The notes under the pieces are model-generated. The model ran no database searches, had not been told where the DNA came from, and saw only the letters and a program-made list of their open reading frames with translations. A stretch of 64,000 nucleotides of DNA from an uncultured Gammaproteobacteria bacterium (GTDB taxonomy: Bacteria; Patescibacteriota; Patescibacteriia; UBA11705; DATKZF01): NCBI GenBank assembly GCA_964411255.1, contig CAYPKD010000004.1:13093-77092 (forward strand), written 5' to 3'. Shown in pieces: positions 36,959 to 46,920 of the stretch; positions within the stretch are counted from its first letter, which is position 1; each line of letters starts with the position of its first letter. A program made the position numbers and the translations under genes.

Positions 36959-37888
36959 ATGAAAAATTCTCGCATTATATTCTTCGGTACGCCAGACTTT
37001 GCCATACCAGCTTTAAGAGAACTGGCAGAAAATTTTTCAATTGAAGCGGTGATTACTCAGCCAGATAAACCAAAAGGAAGAAAAAAAGAGCCAATTGCTC
37101 CGCCAATAAAAAAATACGCCTCAACGCGTGATTTTTTAATCCTTCAACCACAAAAATTAGATAAAAAATTTATTGGTCAGCTTGAAAAACTAAAACCAGA
37201 TTTAGGTGTTGTAGTTGCATATGGAAAAATTTTACCTAAGCAAATTCTTGATTTACCAAAACATGGCTGTCTAAATATTCATGCTTCTCTACTTCCAAAA
37301 TATAGAGGCGCAGCTCCAATTCAGGCTGCTTTGCTCAATGGTGATAAAAAGACCGGTATTACCATTATGAAAATTGATAAAGGTTTAGATACTGGAGATA
37401 TTATATCCTCGCAAAGTATTGAAATTCAAAAACAAGATAATTTACAAACTTTACATGATAAACTAGCAGAGCTTGGGGCGCAGCTTTTGATAAAAACAAT
37501 CCCAGATTATATTGCTGGTAAAATTAAACCTCAAAAGCAAGATGAATCAAAAGCCTCAGTCTTCCCTACTATTTCCAAAGGACAAGGTAGAATTTTATGG
37601 AAAAATTCAGCTGAGCATATTTTTAATCAAATACGAGCTTTTACTCCATGGCCAGGCGCATTTACTTTTTATAATAATAAAAAGCTGGACATTATTGAAG
37701 CAGAGCCGGTTGAATGTGGCGAAAATAGACTTATCGGCCAAATCTTTGGGTTTAATAACAAAGTTTTAGTACAGTGCAAGGAAAATTGTTTAGAAATAAA
37801 AAAAGTAAAACTTGAAGGAAAAAAAGAAATTGATATACAAAGCTTTATAAATGGCCATTCAGATTTTATAGGTTTTGAATTAGAATAA
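36959..37888 (+). CDS. fmt: methionyl-tRNA formyltransferase
   Basis: N-terminal IIFFGTPDFAIPAL. Formyltransferase core (..NIHASLLPKYRGAAPIQ..). C-terminal tRNA-binding domain. Follows def. Confidence 0.95.
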   Translation: MKNSRIIFFGTPDFAIPALRELAENFSIEAVITQPDKPKGRKKEPIAPPIKKYASTRDFLILQPQKLDKKFIGQLEKLKPDLGVVVAYGKILPKQILDLPKHGCLNIHASLLPKYRGAAPIQAALLNGDKKTGITIMKIDKGLDTGDIISSQSIEIQKQDNLQTLHDKLAELGAQLLIKTIPDYIAGKIKPQKQDESKASVFPTISKGQGRILWKNSAEHIFNQIRAFTPWPGAFTFYNNKKLDIIEAEPVECGENRLIGQIFGFNNKVLVQCKENCLEIKKVKLEGKKEIDIQSFINGHSDFIGFELE

Positions 37889-37996
37889 TTACTCGGGGAA
37901 TCGCAGATTCCCCTCGGCACACATCTTGCGACGGGAATGGTTGCAGATTTGTTTTATAAATAAAAGAGCAGAAAGTTTGACTTTCTGCTTTTTGAA

Positions 37997-38464
37997 TTAT
38001 TTTGCAGCAGGAGGTTTTAGTCTCTTCTCCATGCGCATTGCCTTATCCAGCTCATCAGCATCATCATCATCGCAAAGGACTGCTTTGCAAACAAGACCCT
38101 TGCATTCAAGCTTATCATAAGTAGTACCTCTGAGCATGACTTCATCATCAGCGCATGCGCCAGTTAAGGAAAGTTCTTTATCAACCTGAGCTCCATTCAA
38201 ATCAATAGAACCCTTGACTCTTACGCCATTTAGCAAAAGAGCGCCTGAAATTGTCATTCCATTTAACAAAAGATTGCCAGCCACTCGAAGACCGCTAAGG
38301 TCAAGGTCACCATCAATCATTGCACCGCTCAGGTTTAATGCTGAGCTGTATGATTTACCACGAAGGTTTAGTGGATCAACCACATGAAAACCTGAAATAT
38401 CTCGAGTTTTAGCTAACTTTCTAATAGCTTCTTCATCAAGTAATTCATGCCGTTTTAGTACCAT
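37997..38464 (-). CDS. pentapeptide-repeat protein
   Basis: Tandem A(D/N)LxG pentapeptides (..LNLSGAMIDGDLDLSGLRVAGNLLLNGMTISGALLLNGVRVKGSIDLNGAQV..). Confidence 0.75.
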   Translation of the reverse strand: MVLKRHELLDEEAIRKLAKTRDISGFHVVDPLNLRGKSYSSALNLSGAMIDGDLDLSGLRVAGNLLLNGMTISGALLLNGVRVKGSIDLNGAQVDKELSLTGACADDEVMLRGTTYDKLECKGLVCKAVLCDDDDADELDKAMRMEKRLKPPAAK

Positions 38465-38501
38465 TTTTGCCTCCTTAGCAATGGGTTTTCAGGGACATAT
38501 T

Positions 38502-38530
38502 ATGATACATATTTTTATATACTTTGTCAA
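38502..38530 (-). promoter_or_regulatory. TTGACA-N17-TATCAT promoter for 37997..38464
   Basis: Read on the - strand: TTGACA, 17 nt, TATCAT, then AAGGAGG RBS and ATG. Same cassette repeated at about 38890-38918 (perfect TATAAT) and 39560-39590. Confidence 0.5.
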
Positions 38531-38561
38531 GTATTAAAAAAGAGGAATTTTTTATTCCTCT
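38527..38561 (-). terminator. hairpin AGAGGAAT-TTTTT-ATTCCTCT plus T-run; the stop codon of 38552..38869 lies inside the hairpin
   Basis: Perfect 8-bp stem. On the - strand it is followed by TTTTT and then a TTGACA -35. A near-identical hairpin at 38929-38947 terminates 38938..39555. Confidence 0.55.
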
Positions 38562-38869
38562 AGTATCGTTTTATTAAAGTAATAATAATGACTGATGCTG
38601 ATTATCATGCCAAAGTTTTTGGCTTTCAAAGCAACCAGGCCAAAAGTTAGCTGAACAACAATAAAGCTTGCCCACATTGAAATTGAAACTGCCTCTACAT
38701 TCTTTGCTTGAAGCACTGCAATTAGCTGCATTGCTACAACCAACGGATTGAGTAGAGAAATTATTCCTGTTGCTCCATCAAAGTATTTGTGATTCAGAAG
38801 CTTTTCAAATTTCCTATATAACCATTTAGTGAAATTAACACCTATTTTTGCAGCCATTTTATCCTCCAA
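38552..38869 (-). CDS. hypothetical small membrane protein
   Basis: ORF track. Own promoter (TTGACA-N17-TATAAT at 38890-38918, - strand), GGAGG RBS and terminator hairpin. Confidence 0.4.
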   Translation of the reverse strand: MEDKMAAKIGVNFTKWLYRKFEKLLNHKYFDGATGIISLLNPLVVAMQLIAVLQAKNVEAVSISMWASFIVVQLTFGLVALKAKNFGMIISISHYYYFNKTILEE

Positions 38870-38937
38870 TGGTTTGGTTATATCATGTTATTATATACTA
38901 TTATTTTCATTTTGTCAAGATTAAAAAAAGAGGAATT

Positions 38938-39555
38938 TTATTCCTCTGAATGATATACTTCTCCTCTTGTTTCCTGATTCTCAGTTAACTCGGTTTTTTT
39001 TAATATAATCACTTCAGTATCAACCTTTCCTTTCAGACGTTTTGCAATTGATGGCGGGCAAATAATTCTCCTAAAGTCAAGCCCAAGGCAAAAGATATCA
39101 GAGTATCGTCCATTAAACCTAATATCATGTGCATTAAGTCCATTTAGGAAAATAACTCCCTCAACCAGGATCCCCTGCATATACAGATTACCTCTGATAT
39201 TTGCACCAGAAAGATTTAGGTTACCGCGGATTTGAGTGCCAGATAAATCCAGATGTACAGGAATTTTTGCTCCGCGCAAAGTTAGATCACCGTTCACAGT
39301 ACAGCCACTAAAATTTAGTGGGCTATCAAATTGTTCTCCATCCAGATCTACAGAAGATCCCCAATGTTTACCGCAGACATCCCCTAAATTTGTTCTAATA
39401 AATTGATTAGCATCTATTTGTTCCTTTTTAGCTTCATCTTTCGCTATTCTTCTATCAATTTCTTTTCCTGAAACACCGTGATTTTCTTCACTTCTTGAAT
39501 GCAGCTCTTTTTCTCTTTTCCGGTCCATAACGCCTCCTTTAGCCTTTTGGGACAA
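38938..39555 (-). CDS. pentapeptide-repeat protein
   Basis: ..NFSGCTVNGDLTLRGAKIPVHLDLSGTQIRGNLNLSGANIRGNLYMQGILVEG.. pentapeptide tandem. N-terminal basic region. Confidence 0.75.
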   Translation of the reverse strand: MSQKAKGGVMDRKREKELHSRSEENHGVSGKEIDRRIAKDEAKKEQIDANQFIRTNLGDVCGKHWGSSVDLDGEQFDSPLNFSGCTVNGDLTLRGAKIPVHLDLSGTQIRGNLNLSGANIRGNLYMQGILVEGVIFLNGLNAHDIRFNGRYSDIFCLGLDFRRIICPPSIAKRLKGKVDTEVIILKKTELTENQETRGEVYHSEE

Positions 39556-39672
39556 GAAATAAGTTTAACATGATATTAAATTTTTGTCAAGTATAAAAAA
39601 AGCTCACATTTAGCATGAATCCCTGCCTTTATAGGAATAATCATACAGTGAGCTTTTATTGCTTATTATTTG

Positions 39673-41748
39673 TTATCTAAGCCAATCGTCAACCTGATCA
39701 TCTGTCGGGCTTGGCACAGGTGGCAATGGCGGATGATATTTTATTGAGTCTAATTTGTTCAGAATATCCAGCTCTTGATTTAATTCATTATCCCCTATTT
39801 TATCCATTTCATTTTGGAAATATTTTGCAAAATCTTCAAAAATGTCTACATAATGTTCAGAAACAACAAGCTCCAATGACTGTCGCTCCCATTGGCCAAG
39901 CTCATATGGCCATGGCGCAATTAATCCAATTTCCTCAGTTACCCGGAAATCCATTACTTCTGGTTCTGGCATTCTGCCTGATGTCATGCCGCTATAATAT
40001 TCTCTTTCATCAATTATCCAATTTTTTATTAAATCAGCATATCTTGAAAGTAAAATACCTTTTTGAATTCCATTGTTTTGATAATAATCAGATTTTTTAT
40101 TTTCAAAATCAATCTTTTTTTCATCAGAATCTTTTTTTCCAGATCTGTCTTCATACGTTGTCTTTAATACAAGTTTACCATTATCTGATGTTTTTTTAAG
40201 TTTTAATAGTACAATTCCACCTTTGGTCTCTCCTTCCTTTGTTTTTGAAGGAAACAAAGTATTTACTTTCATAATTTCTCCGGTAGCTTCATCTGCTTCA
40301 GGTGATCCATAAACTTTTTCAATATCATAACCGTCAGCTTCTAATATTAAATTTAGATCAAAGACCAGTGGCGTAACCATAAATTCAAATTCATCATCCA
40401 TTCTGGTTTTGAATTCATCTTCTGAATGAACAGAATAATAATTTGCTCCTCTGATTTTGGTTAAAGATTCAACAAGATCAGTATTAAAATCAACTCCAAT
40501 TCCAATAAATGTGGTATAAAGGCTATCTTCTGAATTGTTTTCCAGCTGTGAAAATAACCCGCCTCTGGTTGTATCTCCCAAGTTTGGCATTGCATCAGTT
40601 AAAAATATTATTCTATTCTCATATTCATCAGGATTCAATGCCCCTAGCTCATCAAAAAGCTCTGTGCCCTCTTTCATCCCAGCTTCCATATTTGTGCCGC
40701 CCATTGGTTGAATTTTTAAAATATGATCTTCAATTGCATTCATGTCAGTATTACCAACATAATTGAGCGGCTTGGCAAGATATCCATTATCGTCAAAAAG
40801 CACCATCCCAAACCTGTCTTCATCATTTAAATGGTCAAGCAAGGCAACAACAGATTCATTAGCAATTTCCATTTTAGTTTTGTCTGATTCTTTTAAATTC
40901 TCCCTTTCAAGCTGATTGCCAAACTGATCATAATAATATTTATTGAATTGAGAGCTCATTGATCCTGAAATGTCCAACACAATCACCAGGTTAAGCTTTT
41001 TGCGCTCAAAATCGCTTTCCTTTAGGTTTGAATTTAAACCGACTGCTAGATAGTAATCATCTTTATTTGAAATAGGATCTTTAGAAATTGCATATGAATA
41101 GGACGGGCAAAATAATTTTTCGCATTCTTGAGCTTTGCCAGTATCAAAATAATAGTCATAAAACAGGCCTTCATAAGTTATATCAGTTGGCAATGGCAAA
41201 AAATTATTTTTAATATTTTCTCTAAAATTATTAATATCTTTTGCTCCGCCAACAGCAAAACCAATGCTATCATCACCTGCTCCTCCCATTCCATCAGCAG
41301 GAGCCAGACTGGTTTCCAATGCCATATTTTTCATACTTGGTACGCCAGCTTTTTGAGACAAGCTTCTGAAAAATCCAGCATCTTCTTCTTCCTTAGAATA
41401 ATCAAATGTCCAGTCATCCACTTTTTCAACCTGAACAAATACTGGTGGTTCGCCTTGTATATATGTTTTATAAAAATACGGGCCCCCAAAGGCCAGAAGC
41501 AAGATAATTGCTGTAGCGCCTGAAAATGCAAATATCCAGCGCCGCAATTTTTTTAATTGCGCTTTTTTTTCACTGCCCTTTGCTTTTACTTTTAGTTTCT
41601 TTTGCAAATCATTTACAAATTGCTTTGATATTACAATGTTTGGCTTGTTTTTGAGCATTTCTTTTAGCATTTTATTTAATTTTGCCTCATGTTTTTTCAT
41701 AGTGGGATCGATTTTGTAGATTTCTTTTAGTATTTTGTTGATGTTCAT
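39673..41748 (-). CDS. membrane-anchored von Willebrand factor A (VWA) domain protein; candidate anti-sigma factor partner of the upstream ECF sigma
   Basis: About 75-aa cytoplasmic N-terminus and a single TM (WIFAFSGATAIILLLAFGG). Extracytoplasmic VWA with MIDAS DISGSMSS. Gene immediately downstream of and co-directional with the ECF sigma gene. Confidence 0.65.
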   Translation of the reverse strand: MNINKILKEIYKIDPTMKKHEAKLNKMLKEMLKNKPNIVISKQFVNDLQKKLKVKAKGSEKKAQLKKLRRWIFAFSGATAIILLLAFGGPYFYKTYIQGEPPVFVQVEKVDDWTFDYSKEEEDAGFFRSLSQKAGVPSMKNMALETSLAPADGMGGAGDDSIGFAVGGAKDINNFRENIKNNFLPLPTDITYEGLFYDYYFDTGKAQECEKLFCPSYSYAISKDPISNKDDYYLAVGLNSNLKESDFERKKLNLVIVLDISGSMSSQFNKYYYDQFGNQLERENLKESDKTKMEIANESVVALLDHLNDEDRFGMVLFDDNGYLAKPLNYVGNTDMNAIEDHILKIQPMGGTNMEAGMKEGTELFDELGALNPDEYENRIIFLTDAMPNLGDTTRGGLFSQLENNSEDSLYTTFIGIGVDFNTDLVESLTKIRGANYYSVHSEDEFKTRMDDEFEFMVTPLVFDLNLILEADGYDIEKVYGSPEADEATGEIMKVNTLFPSKTKEGETKGGIVLLKLKKTSDNGKLVLKTTYEDRSGKKDSDEKKIDFENKKSDYYQNNGIQKGILLSRYADLIKNWIIDEREYYSGMTSGRMPEPEVMDFRVTEEIGLIAPWPYELGQWERQSLELVVSEHYVDIFEDFAKYFQNEMDKIGDNELNQELDILNKLDSIKYHPPLPPVPSPTDDQVDDWLR

Positions 41749-41803
41749 ATAATTATTTTTTTTAGAGAAATGCGAAAGGCGATATGCGACGAGTTTATTT
41801 TAT

Positions 41804-41868
41804 GCTGCTGCCTGAACTGTCATTCCTGCGTAGGCAGGAATCCAAGTTTAAAAGTGCAGCAGTATTTT
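41804..41868 (+). repeat. GC-rich hairpin repeat element, copy 2 (GCTGCTGCCTGAACTGTCATTCC-TGCGTAGGCA-GGAAT..GCAGCAGT)
   Basis: Shares CTGAAC(T)GTCATTCC plus palindromic GC hairpin architecture with copy 1. Outer arms GCTGCTGC / GCAGCAG are complementary. Confidence 0.5.
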
Positions 41869-41888
41869 CGCTTCTTGCATTTCATTAT

Positions 41889-42449
41889 TCACTTTATTAG
41901 ATTAATAATTTGGCCAAATATTATTATTAATAAAATATTATCTTTTAATTTTTGTGCAGACCTTGAAAAACTAACTTTACATGCATTTTCTGATTTGCCA
42001 ATTATTGACGCAATTTCTTTATATGACAGCCCTTCCCATACTCGTAGAATTACAATTTCCCTTTGCTCTGGGGTTAATGTTTTTAAATACTTTTTCACTT
42101 CTTCTATTTTTAAATTATTACCAATTGTAGTCTCTAAATGATTTGAATCAGCAATTGACCAGAAATCTTCAATGTTTGAATTTGTTTTTTGAGTCCGATA
42201 ATGATCGATAACTGTGTTTCTGGCAATATTAAATAGCCATGTCTGAAATTTTGATTTTGAATCATCAAATTTTTCTAAATTATCCAAAGCTTTAAAAAAC
42301 ACTGTACTGGTCAAATCTTCAGCACTTTCTTTGTGCATTGTTTTGTAAAATACAAATTTGTATATTTTTTCAATGTATTTTTTGTACAATTTATCAAAAG
42401 CTTTTGAATTCCCGTCTAAATACTTTTGAATATAGAATGAATCATTCAT
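41889..42449 (-). CDS. ECF-type RNA polymerase sigma-70 family factor
   Basis: Region 2 (..FQTWLFNIARNTVIDHYR..) and region 4 HTH (..LSYKEIASIIGKSENACKVSFSRSAQKLK..). 186 aa. Confidence 0.85.
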   Translation of the reverse strand: MNDSFYIQKYLDGNSKAFDKLYKKYIEKIYKFVFYKTMHKESAEDLTSTVFFKALDNLEKFDDSKSKFQTWLFNIARNTVIDHYRTQKTNSNIEDFWSIADSNHLETTIGNNLKIEEVKKYLKTLTPEQREIVILRVWEGLSYKEIASIIGKSENACKVSFSRSAQKLKDNILLIIIFGQIINLIK

Positions 42450-42686
42450 ATTTTTGGAGCTGGTTATTGGTCATTGGTCATAGCTGCCAGTTTTGTTTTA
42501 GGTTGTTGGGCATTGGTTTACCAATAATTAAAGCCTTTCGTTATTTTATACGATATTAAATTCAAAAAGTAACACTTGTATTGTAGCAGAAAATAAAAAA
42601 AGAGGAATTAAATCCTCAGTACACGGTCATTTCTCTATTTAGCTACGCTCCATCGGTTACTTAAAACCTCAAACCACACCCCAATC

Positions 42687-43208
42687 TTACATAAATGGAT
42701 ATTCCAAATCAGTTGGGATTATTCCTACATACCCGTTCGTAAAAACAACCTTCTTTTCAATATCATAATATCGTGCAAATGCTGTTGCCCGATGATTGCC
42801 TTCAATAATAGTCCATGGGCCGGCTATATCTTTACAAATGCATATTAATTCTTTTTTTTCTTCAGGCAATTTTTGAATGTCATTATAAATTTCCTCAAGT
42901 TTGTAATATACAGGTTTTTCTTTTTCAAATCTATATTTTGCTACATCCTTGATATATAAGGAAGGTATGTGATTCCAACCCTCGCAATTGATAGCTTTCA
43001 TTTTATGCAAATCATTTTCCTCAAATTTGACATAATGCCATTTGGCCTTATTATAAACTGGAGAAATTAATGTTTGTCTATATTTTTTTATTGCATCAAT
43101 TTTATCAGGATATTTTTGATACCACTTTTTAAAATCATCAGTTTCTTTTTCAAAATCAGTCCATTTATCTAAAACTTCATGTATATTTGATTCCCTAAGG
43201 ATCTTCAT
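42687..43208 (-). CDS. hypothetical protein
   Basis: ORF track only. Confidence 0.35.
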   Translation of the reverse strand: MKILRESNIHEVLDKWTDFEKETDDFKKWYQKYPDKIDAIKKYRQTLISPVYNKAKWHYVKFEENDLHKMKAINCEGWNHIPSLYIKDVAKYRFEKEKPVYYKLEEIYNDIQKLPEEKKELICICKDIAGPWTIIEGNHRATAFARYYDIEKKVVFTNGYVGIIPTDLEYPFM

Positions 43209-43209
43209 A

Positions 43210-44724
43210 TTATTTAATTTGCGGTTTTAATGAATATATCTCAAAAAATATCCCAATTAAAATTACATACCCTATGCCCAGCGGGTGATTTAAATACGGA
43301 CTAAACATGTGAGTTCCTAAAAGGGCTAAAAAGCCCATAATTAAGCCAAAAATTAAAACTCGATCAAATGGTTTTTCTGAAGATTTTATTTCCTGCCAGC
43401 CTAATTTCCAGATTTTATATAAAAGAAGTATAAAAATTACCATGCCAGCTAAACCAAATTTTAATATTTGATCTAAATAACCCCATTCAAATGCATAAGT
43501 TGTGTATTTACCATCTGGATTTACTTCTAAAACACGTGGATCTTGAGAAATATATGTAACAGTTTGGCCAAAACCAGAACCAATTATTGGATGTTTGGCA
43601 ATGGACTTGCTAAGCTCTGGCAATTGAGCCCATCTTGAAGAAACAGCCGCTTCACCTGTGATCTGAAATCTGGAGCTCAAAGCTAGCAGTTCAACATCAG
43701 CTTTTGGCCATGGGAATTTGACTATTGCGATAATTAATCCAATTGAAATGATAAATAAACCAATTGATGCTCCAATAATTTTGGACATCTTTTTTAGTTT
43801 GTATTGATATTTAAAAATAAATATTGCCAATAAAATTATAAAAGCTGCAACTCCAGCCACCCAGAAACTTCTGGAAAGGCTTAGGGTTAAAGTACTACAA
43901 GTTAATATTAATAAAATCAATAAACCAATCAGGTTTTTACTGCGTTTTTCATATTTAATCAAGAATAATAAAGCATAAATTACAAAAAATCCGATTAAAG
44001 TATAAATTTGTGCCTGAGAAAATACACGATAAAAATTTCCCTGCAGCAATGTTACTTCACCAAAGCCGCTGTCTCTCACCCATTTGTATAAAGGTCTGGT
44101 ATAGCTGACAATATGAGAAAAAGTGAAAAGCAAAAGCATTGACTTTAGGCTAATATATGTAATTGAAGCTAAAAATATTTTTAATAATGCATAAAGTTGA
44201 CTTTTTTTTCTGATTAGTTGATATAAAATTGGCGTTAATCCAAAATATAAATATGCATTGGTATCAAAAAATATATCAGTCAGATTGATTTTTCTAATTA
44301 TTGCCCAAATTATTCCCCAGATTAATACAATGCCAAATAATAAATAATAATTTCTCAATTTAGAATGCCAGAATACAAACTTTTCTTTTTTTATTAGATC
44401 CTGAATGATTTTAATTATACCGATCATAAATATAATTAAGAATAATCCTAATCTGATTGAAATCGCATTTTCATCACTGATTGGGATTGAAAACAAGTGA
44501 CCTTTTGAGCCAATAATCAATTCTGAAAGTAATATAAAAAGGCTGAACTCATATTTTATCCAGCCAATTATTGCGGTTAAAATTAGTATTAAAATAAAGG
44601 TTATAATGTTGAATAATTCAAAATAAAAAGCAAAGAATGATAAAAATTCTACTATGATAAATAGTAGCAATGCTGTATAAAAGACTTTGTCGAATAGTTT
44701 TGGCATAAATTTATAAATCAACAC
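43210..44724 (-). CDS. polytopic membrane protein, O-antigen ligase/polymerase (Wzy_C)-like
   Basis: About 12 predicted TM segments with a larger periplasmic loop. Clustered with GT2 and GT1 genes. Family assignment is tentative. Confidence 0.45.
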   Translation of the reverse strand: MLIYKFMPKLFDKVFYTALLLFIIVEFLSFFAFYFELFNIITFILILILTAIIGWIKYEFSLFILLSELIIGSKGHLFSIPISDENAISIRLGLFLIIFMIGIIKIIQDLIKKEKFVFWHSKLRNYYLLFGIVLIWGIIWAIIRKINLTDIFFDTNAYLYFGLTPILYQLIRKKSQLYALLKIFLASITYISLKSMLLLFTFSHIVSYTRPLYKWVRDSGFGEVTLLQGNFYRVFSQAQIYTLIGFFVIYALLFLIKYEKRSKNLIGLLILLILTCSTLTLSLSRSFWVAGVAAFIILLAIFIFKYQYKLKKMSKIIGASIGLFIISIGLIIAIVKFPWPKADVELLALSSRFQITGEAAVSSRWAQLPELSKSIAKHPIIGSGFGQTVTYISQDPRVLEVNPDGKYTTYAFEWGYLDQILKFGLAGMVIFILLLYKIWKLGWQEIKSSEKPFDRVLIFGLIMGFLALLGTHMFSPYLNHPLGIGYVILIGIFFEIYSLKPQIK

Positions 44725-44766
44725 TACTCCCTAGTCCCCTCCTCATTTTTTATGCAATAAATAGGT

Positions 44767-45657
44767 TTATATTCTCGACTGCGGTTTAGGCTTAACTTTA
44801 AATAATTGTGAAAGCCAGGCCAGAAATAAACTAACCGGTGATAAAACACTCAAAATAATGTAAGATACCAGTCCATGATGCTTTTTGAAATATATTCGCA
44901 TTCCTTTATTAAATCTCTTTTGCTTGTCTAAACTTGGGACTTGTTCAAAAGATTTGCCTTCATAATGAATAATTTGACTTATTGGCGAATACACGATTTT
45001 ATAACCTTGTTTTTTTATTCTTTTGCAAATATCAACATCCTCCCACCAAAGCCAGTAATCCTCATCCCAGCCATTGATTTTTTCTAAAATATTCTTTCTG
45101 GTTAAGATGCATGCACCCATCAGCTGGTCAACTTCCTGAGTTTGAGTATAATCAAAGTTTTTAGCTAAGTATTTTTTTAGACTTTTGGTTTTTATAAAAT
45201 GATGTAGTTTTAATAAAATAAGTATTTGGTCTGAGATTTTTGGAAAATTTTTAACAGTAGGCTGGATCGATTTATCAGGATATAATAAGGTACTGCCCAA
45301 GGCGCCAATATTTTGATCTTGCTTAATATAATTTATCATCTTCCCAATAGAATCATCGATAAATTTCATATCTGGGTTTAAAAACCAAATATATTTTCCT
45401 TTGGCAGCTTTCCAGCCCAGGTTATTTGCTTTGGCAAACCCCAGGTTTTCTTGCTGAGCTAGGATTTTAAGATTGCCATTTTTAATTTCTCTGGCAAATT
45501 CCCATTTTATTTTATCAACAGTCCAGTCTTTTGAAGCATTATCAACTACAATTATTTCAAAATCAATGTCTTTTGTATTATTAAAAATCGACTTAATAAA
45601 ATTAAGCAATAATTCCTCCACATTCCATGAAACAATAACTATTGAAATGTCTTTCAT
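44767..45657 (-). CDS. family 2 glycosyltransferase
   Basis: ..ISIVIVSWNVEELL.., ..IIVVDNASKD.. and a DxD-type region (WWEDVD). Confidence 0.85.
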   Translation of the reverse strand: MKDISIVIVSWNVEELLLNFIKSIFNNTKDIDFEIIVVDNASKDWTVDKIKWEFAREIKNGNLKILAQQENLGFAKANNLGWKAAKGKYIWFLNPDMKFIDDSIGKMINYIKQDQNIGALGSTLLYPDKSIQPTVKNFPKISDQILILLKLHHFIKTKSLKKYLAKNFDYTQTQEVDQLMGACILTRKNILEKINGWDEDYWLWWEDVDICKRIKKQGYKIVYSPISQIIHYEGKSFEQVPSLDKQKRFNKGMRIYFKKHHGLVSYIILSVLSPVSLFLAWLSQLFKVKPKPQSRI

Positions 45658-45667
45658 ATCAGGTGAT

Positions 45668-46918
45668 TTAGTATGGTTTGGTGGTCAGGCCATAAGAAGA
45701 TAATTGAATATTTGCCTGATTATTTTTAATTTTATCTAAAAATTGTATTTTTGAACCCTGATTTTTAATATAAAATGTTTTATTATTAATTTTTATGTCT
45801 GAATCTATTATTACTGGCTTGATATCATATTCAAACTGGCCAAAACTTTCACTGGCCAAAGCCAATTCTGCAATATTGGCAAAGGAATAATCATCATGAT
45901 ATATTTTTTCATCATGTTCAAAAGTTGAATACCAGGCTAAACGGCAAGGATTTTTAGAATCATTAAAGAAACGGTCATTATTTAAATATTGAAGATAAAC
46001 GTTAAAATCATTATATTTAAATCGTTTTGACAGAAGACCGGCCATTAAGTATGTTTGCATATTACTTCCCTGCGGTCTGGCACCAAAAGCTGATTCTAAA
46101 AGTCCGTTTTTAAATGTTAAATACTGAAAATTCTTTGTCATTTCCCTGCCAGTGATAACATGATTTATATTTTTAGTCCAGTCGCCATATATTGATAAAA
46201 GGTAGGCTTCCAAAATATGATAATGCATTGAAAAATCTTTTTGCTTATTTTCTCTGTATAAAAAGTCAATTGAAACTGATTCAATAATACTTTGCTCAAC
46301 TTTTTTATTTATTAAATCATAAATTTCCTGATTTACTTCTAAATCATTTCTTTCTAAATATTTAGCTACATAATACCAATAAACGCCGGAGAGCGCAGCT
46401 CTGTTTTCAGTATCTTGCGCCTGAAGAGCAATAGGCATGTGATATAGCAATTCCATTTGGTACATCCTTTTTTCTGCAGGCAGCAATAAATCAGGCATTT
46501 GTTCTAATAATCTAACAATTAAAAAATTGGTTATTGCGCCGTCAAATGAATGAGCTTTTTGGGCTTTAATTTTTTGTTTGAATACAGCTGATCTGACAGC
46601 ATTACTAATTTTTATTTTTGCTTCCTGGTCTTCGCCTAAAGCCCTGTATTTATAAAAAGTGGCAAAACTAACTAAATATCTGGGGTCAGATGCAAAAGTC
46701 CATTCTGGGAAATCATAGGTTGGCGCTGCAAAAAACCAGGTCTGAAATTCTTCATTGTATTTTGTATCTAAATAATAGCTATATTTATTAAAAATCTGCT
46801 CAATGTTTTGTTCAAAACTAATTGTTTCAAATGTTTGAGCTGCACTGGTTTTGCAGACTGGCAAAATTAACATTGAACATAAGGTAATTACGATTCCAAA
46901 AGTTTTTAACATTTTCAT
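45668..46918 (-). CDS. secreted hypothetical protein (signal peptide MKMLKTFGIVITLCSMLILPVCKTSAA)
   Basis: ORF track. N-terminal signal. Located in the glycan-synthesis cluster. Confidence 0.4.
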   Translation of the reverse strand: MKMLKTFGIVITLCSMLILPVCKTSAAQTFETISFEQNIEQIFNKYSYYLDTKYNEEFQTWFFAAPTYDFPEWTFASDPRYLVSFATFYKYRALGEDQEAKIKISNAVRSAVFKQKIKAQKAHSFDGAITNFLIVRLLEQMPDLLLPAEKRMYQMELLYHMPIALQAQDTENRAALSGVYWYYVAKYLERNDLEVNQEIYDLINKKVEQSIIESVSIDFLYRENKQKDFSMHYHILEAYLLSIYGDWTKNINHVITGREMTKNFQYLTFKNGLLESAFGARPQGSNMQTYLMAGLLSKRFKYNDFNVYLQYLNNDRFFNDSKNPCRLAWYSTFEHDEKIYHDDYSFANIAELALASESFGQFEYDIKPVIIDSDIKINNKTFYIKNQGSKIQFLDKIKNNQANIQLSSYGLTTKPY

Positions 46919-46920
46919 AT

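Noticed and set aside
41770-42141. + strand 123-aa ORF overlapping the ECF sigma gene
   Set aside because: It is antisense to a well-supported sigma-70 family gene. It starts inside repeat element copy 2. It has no RBS.
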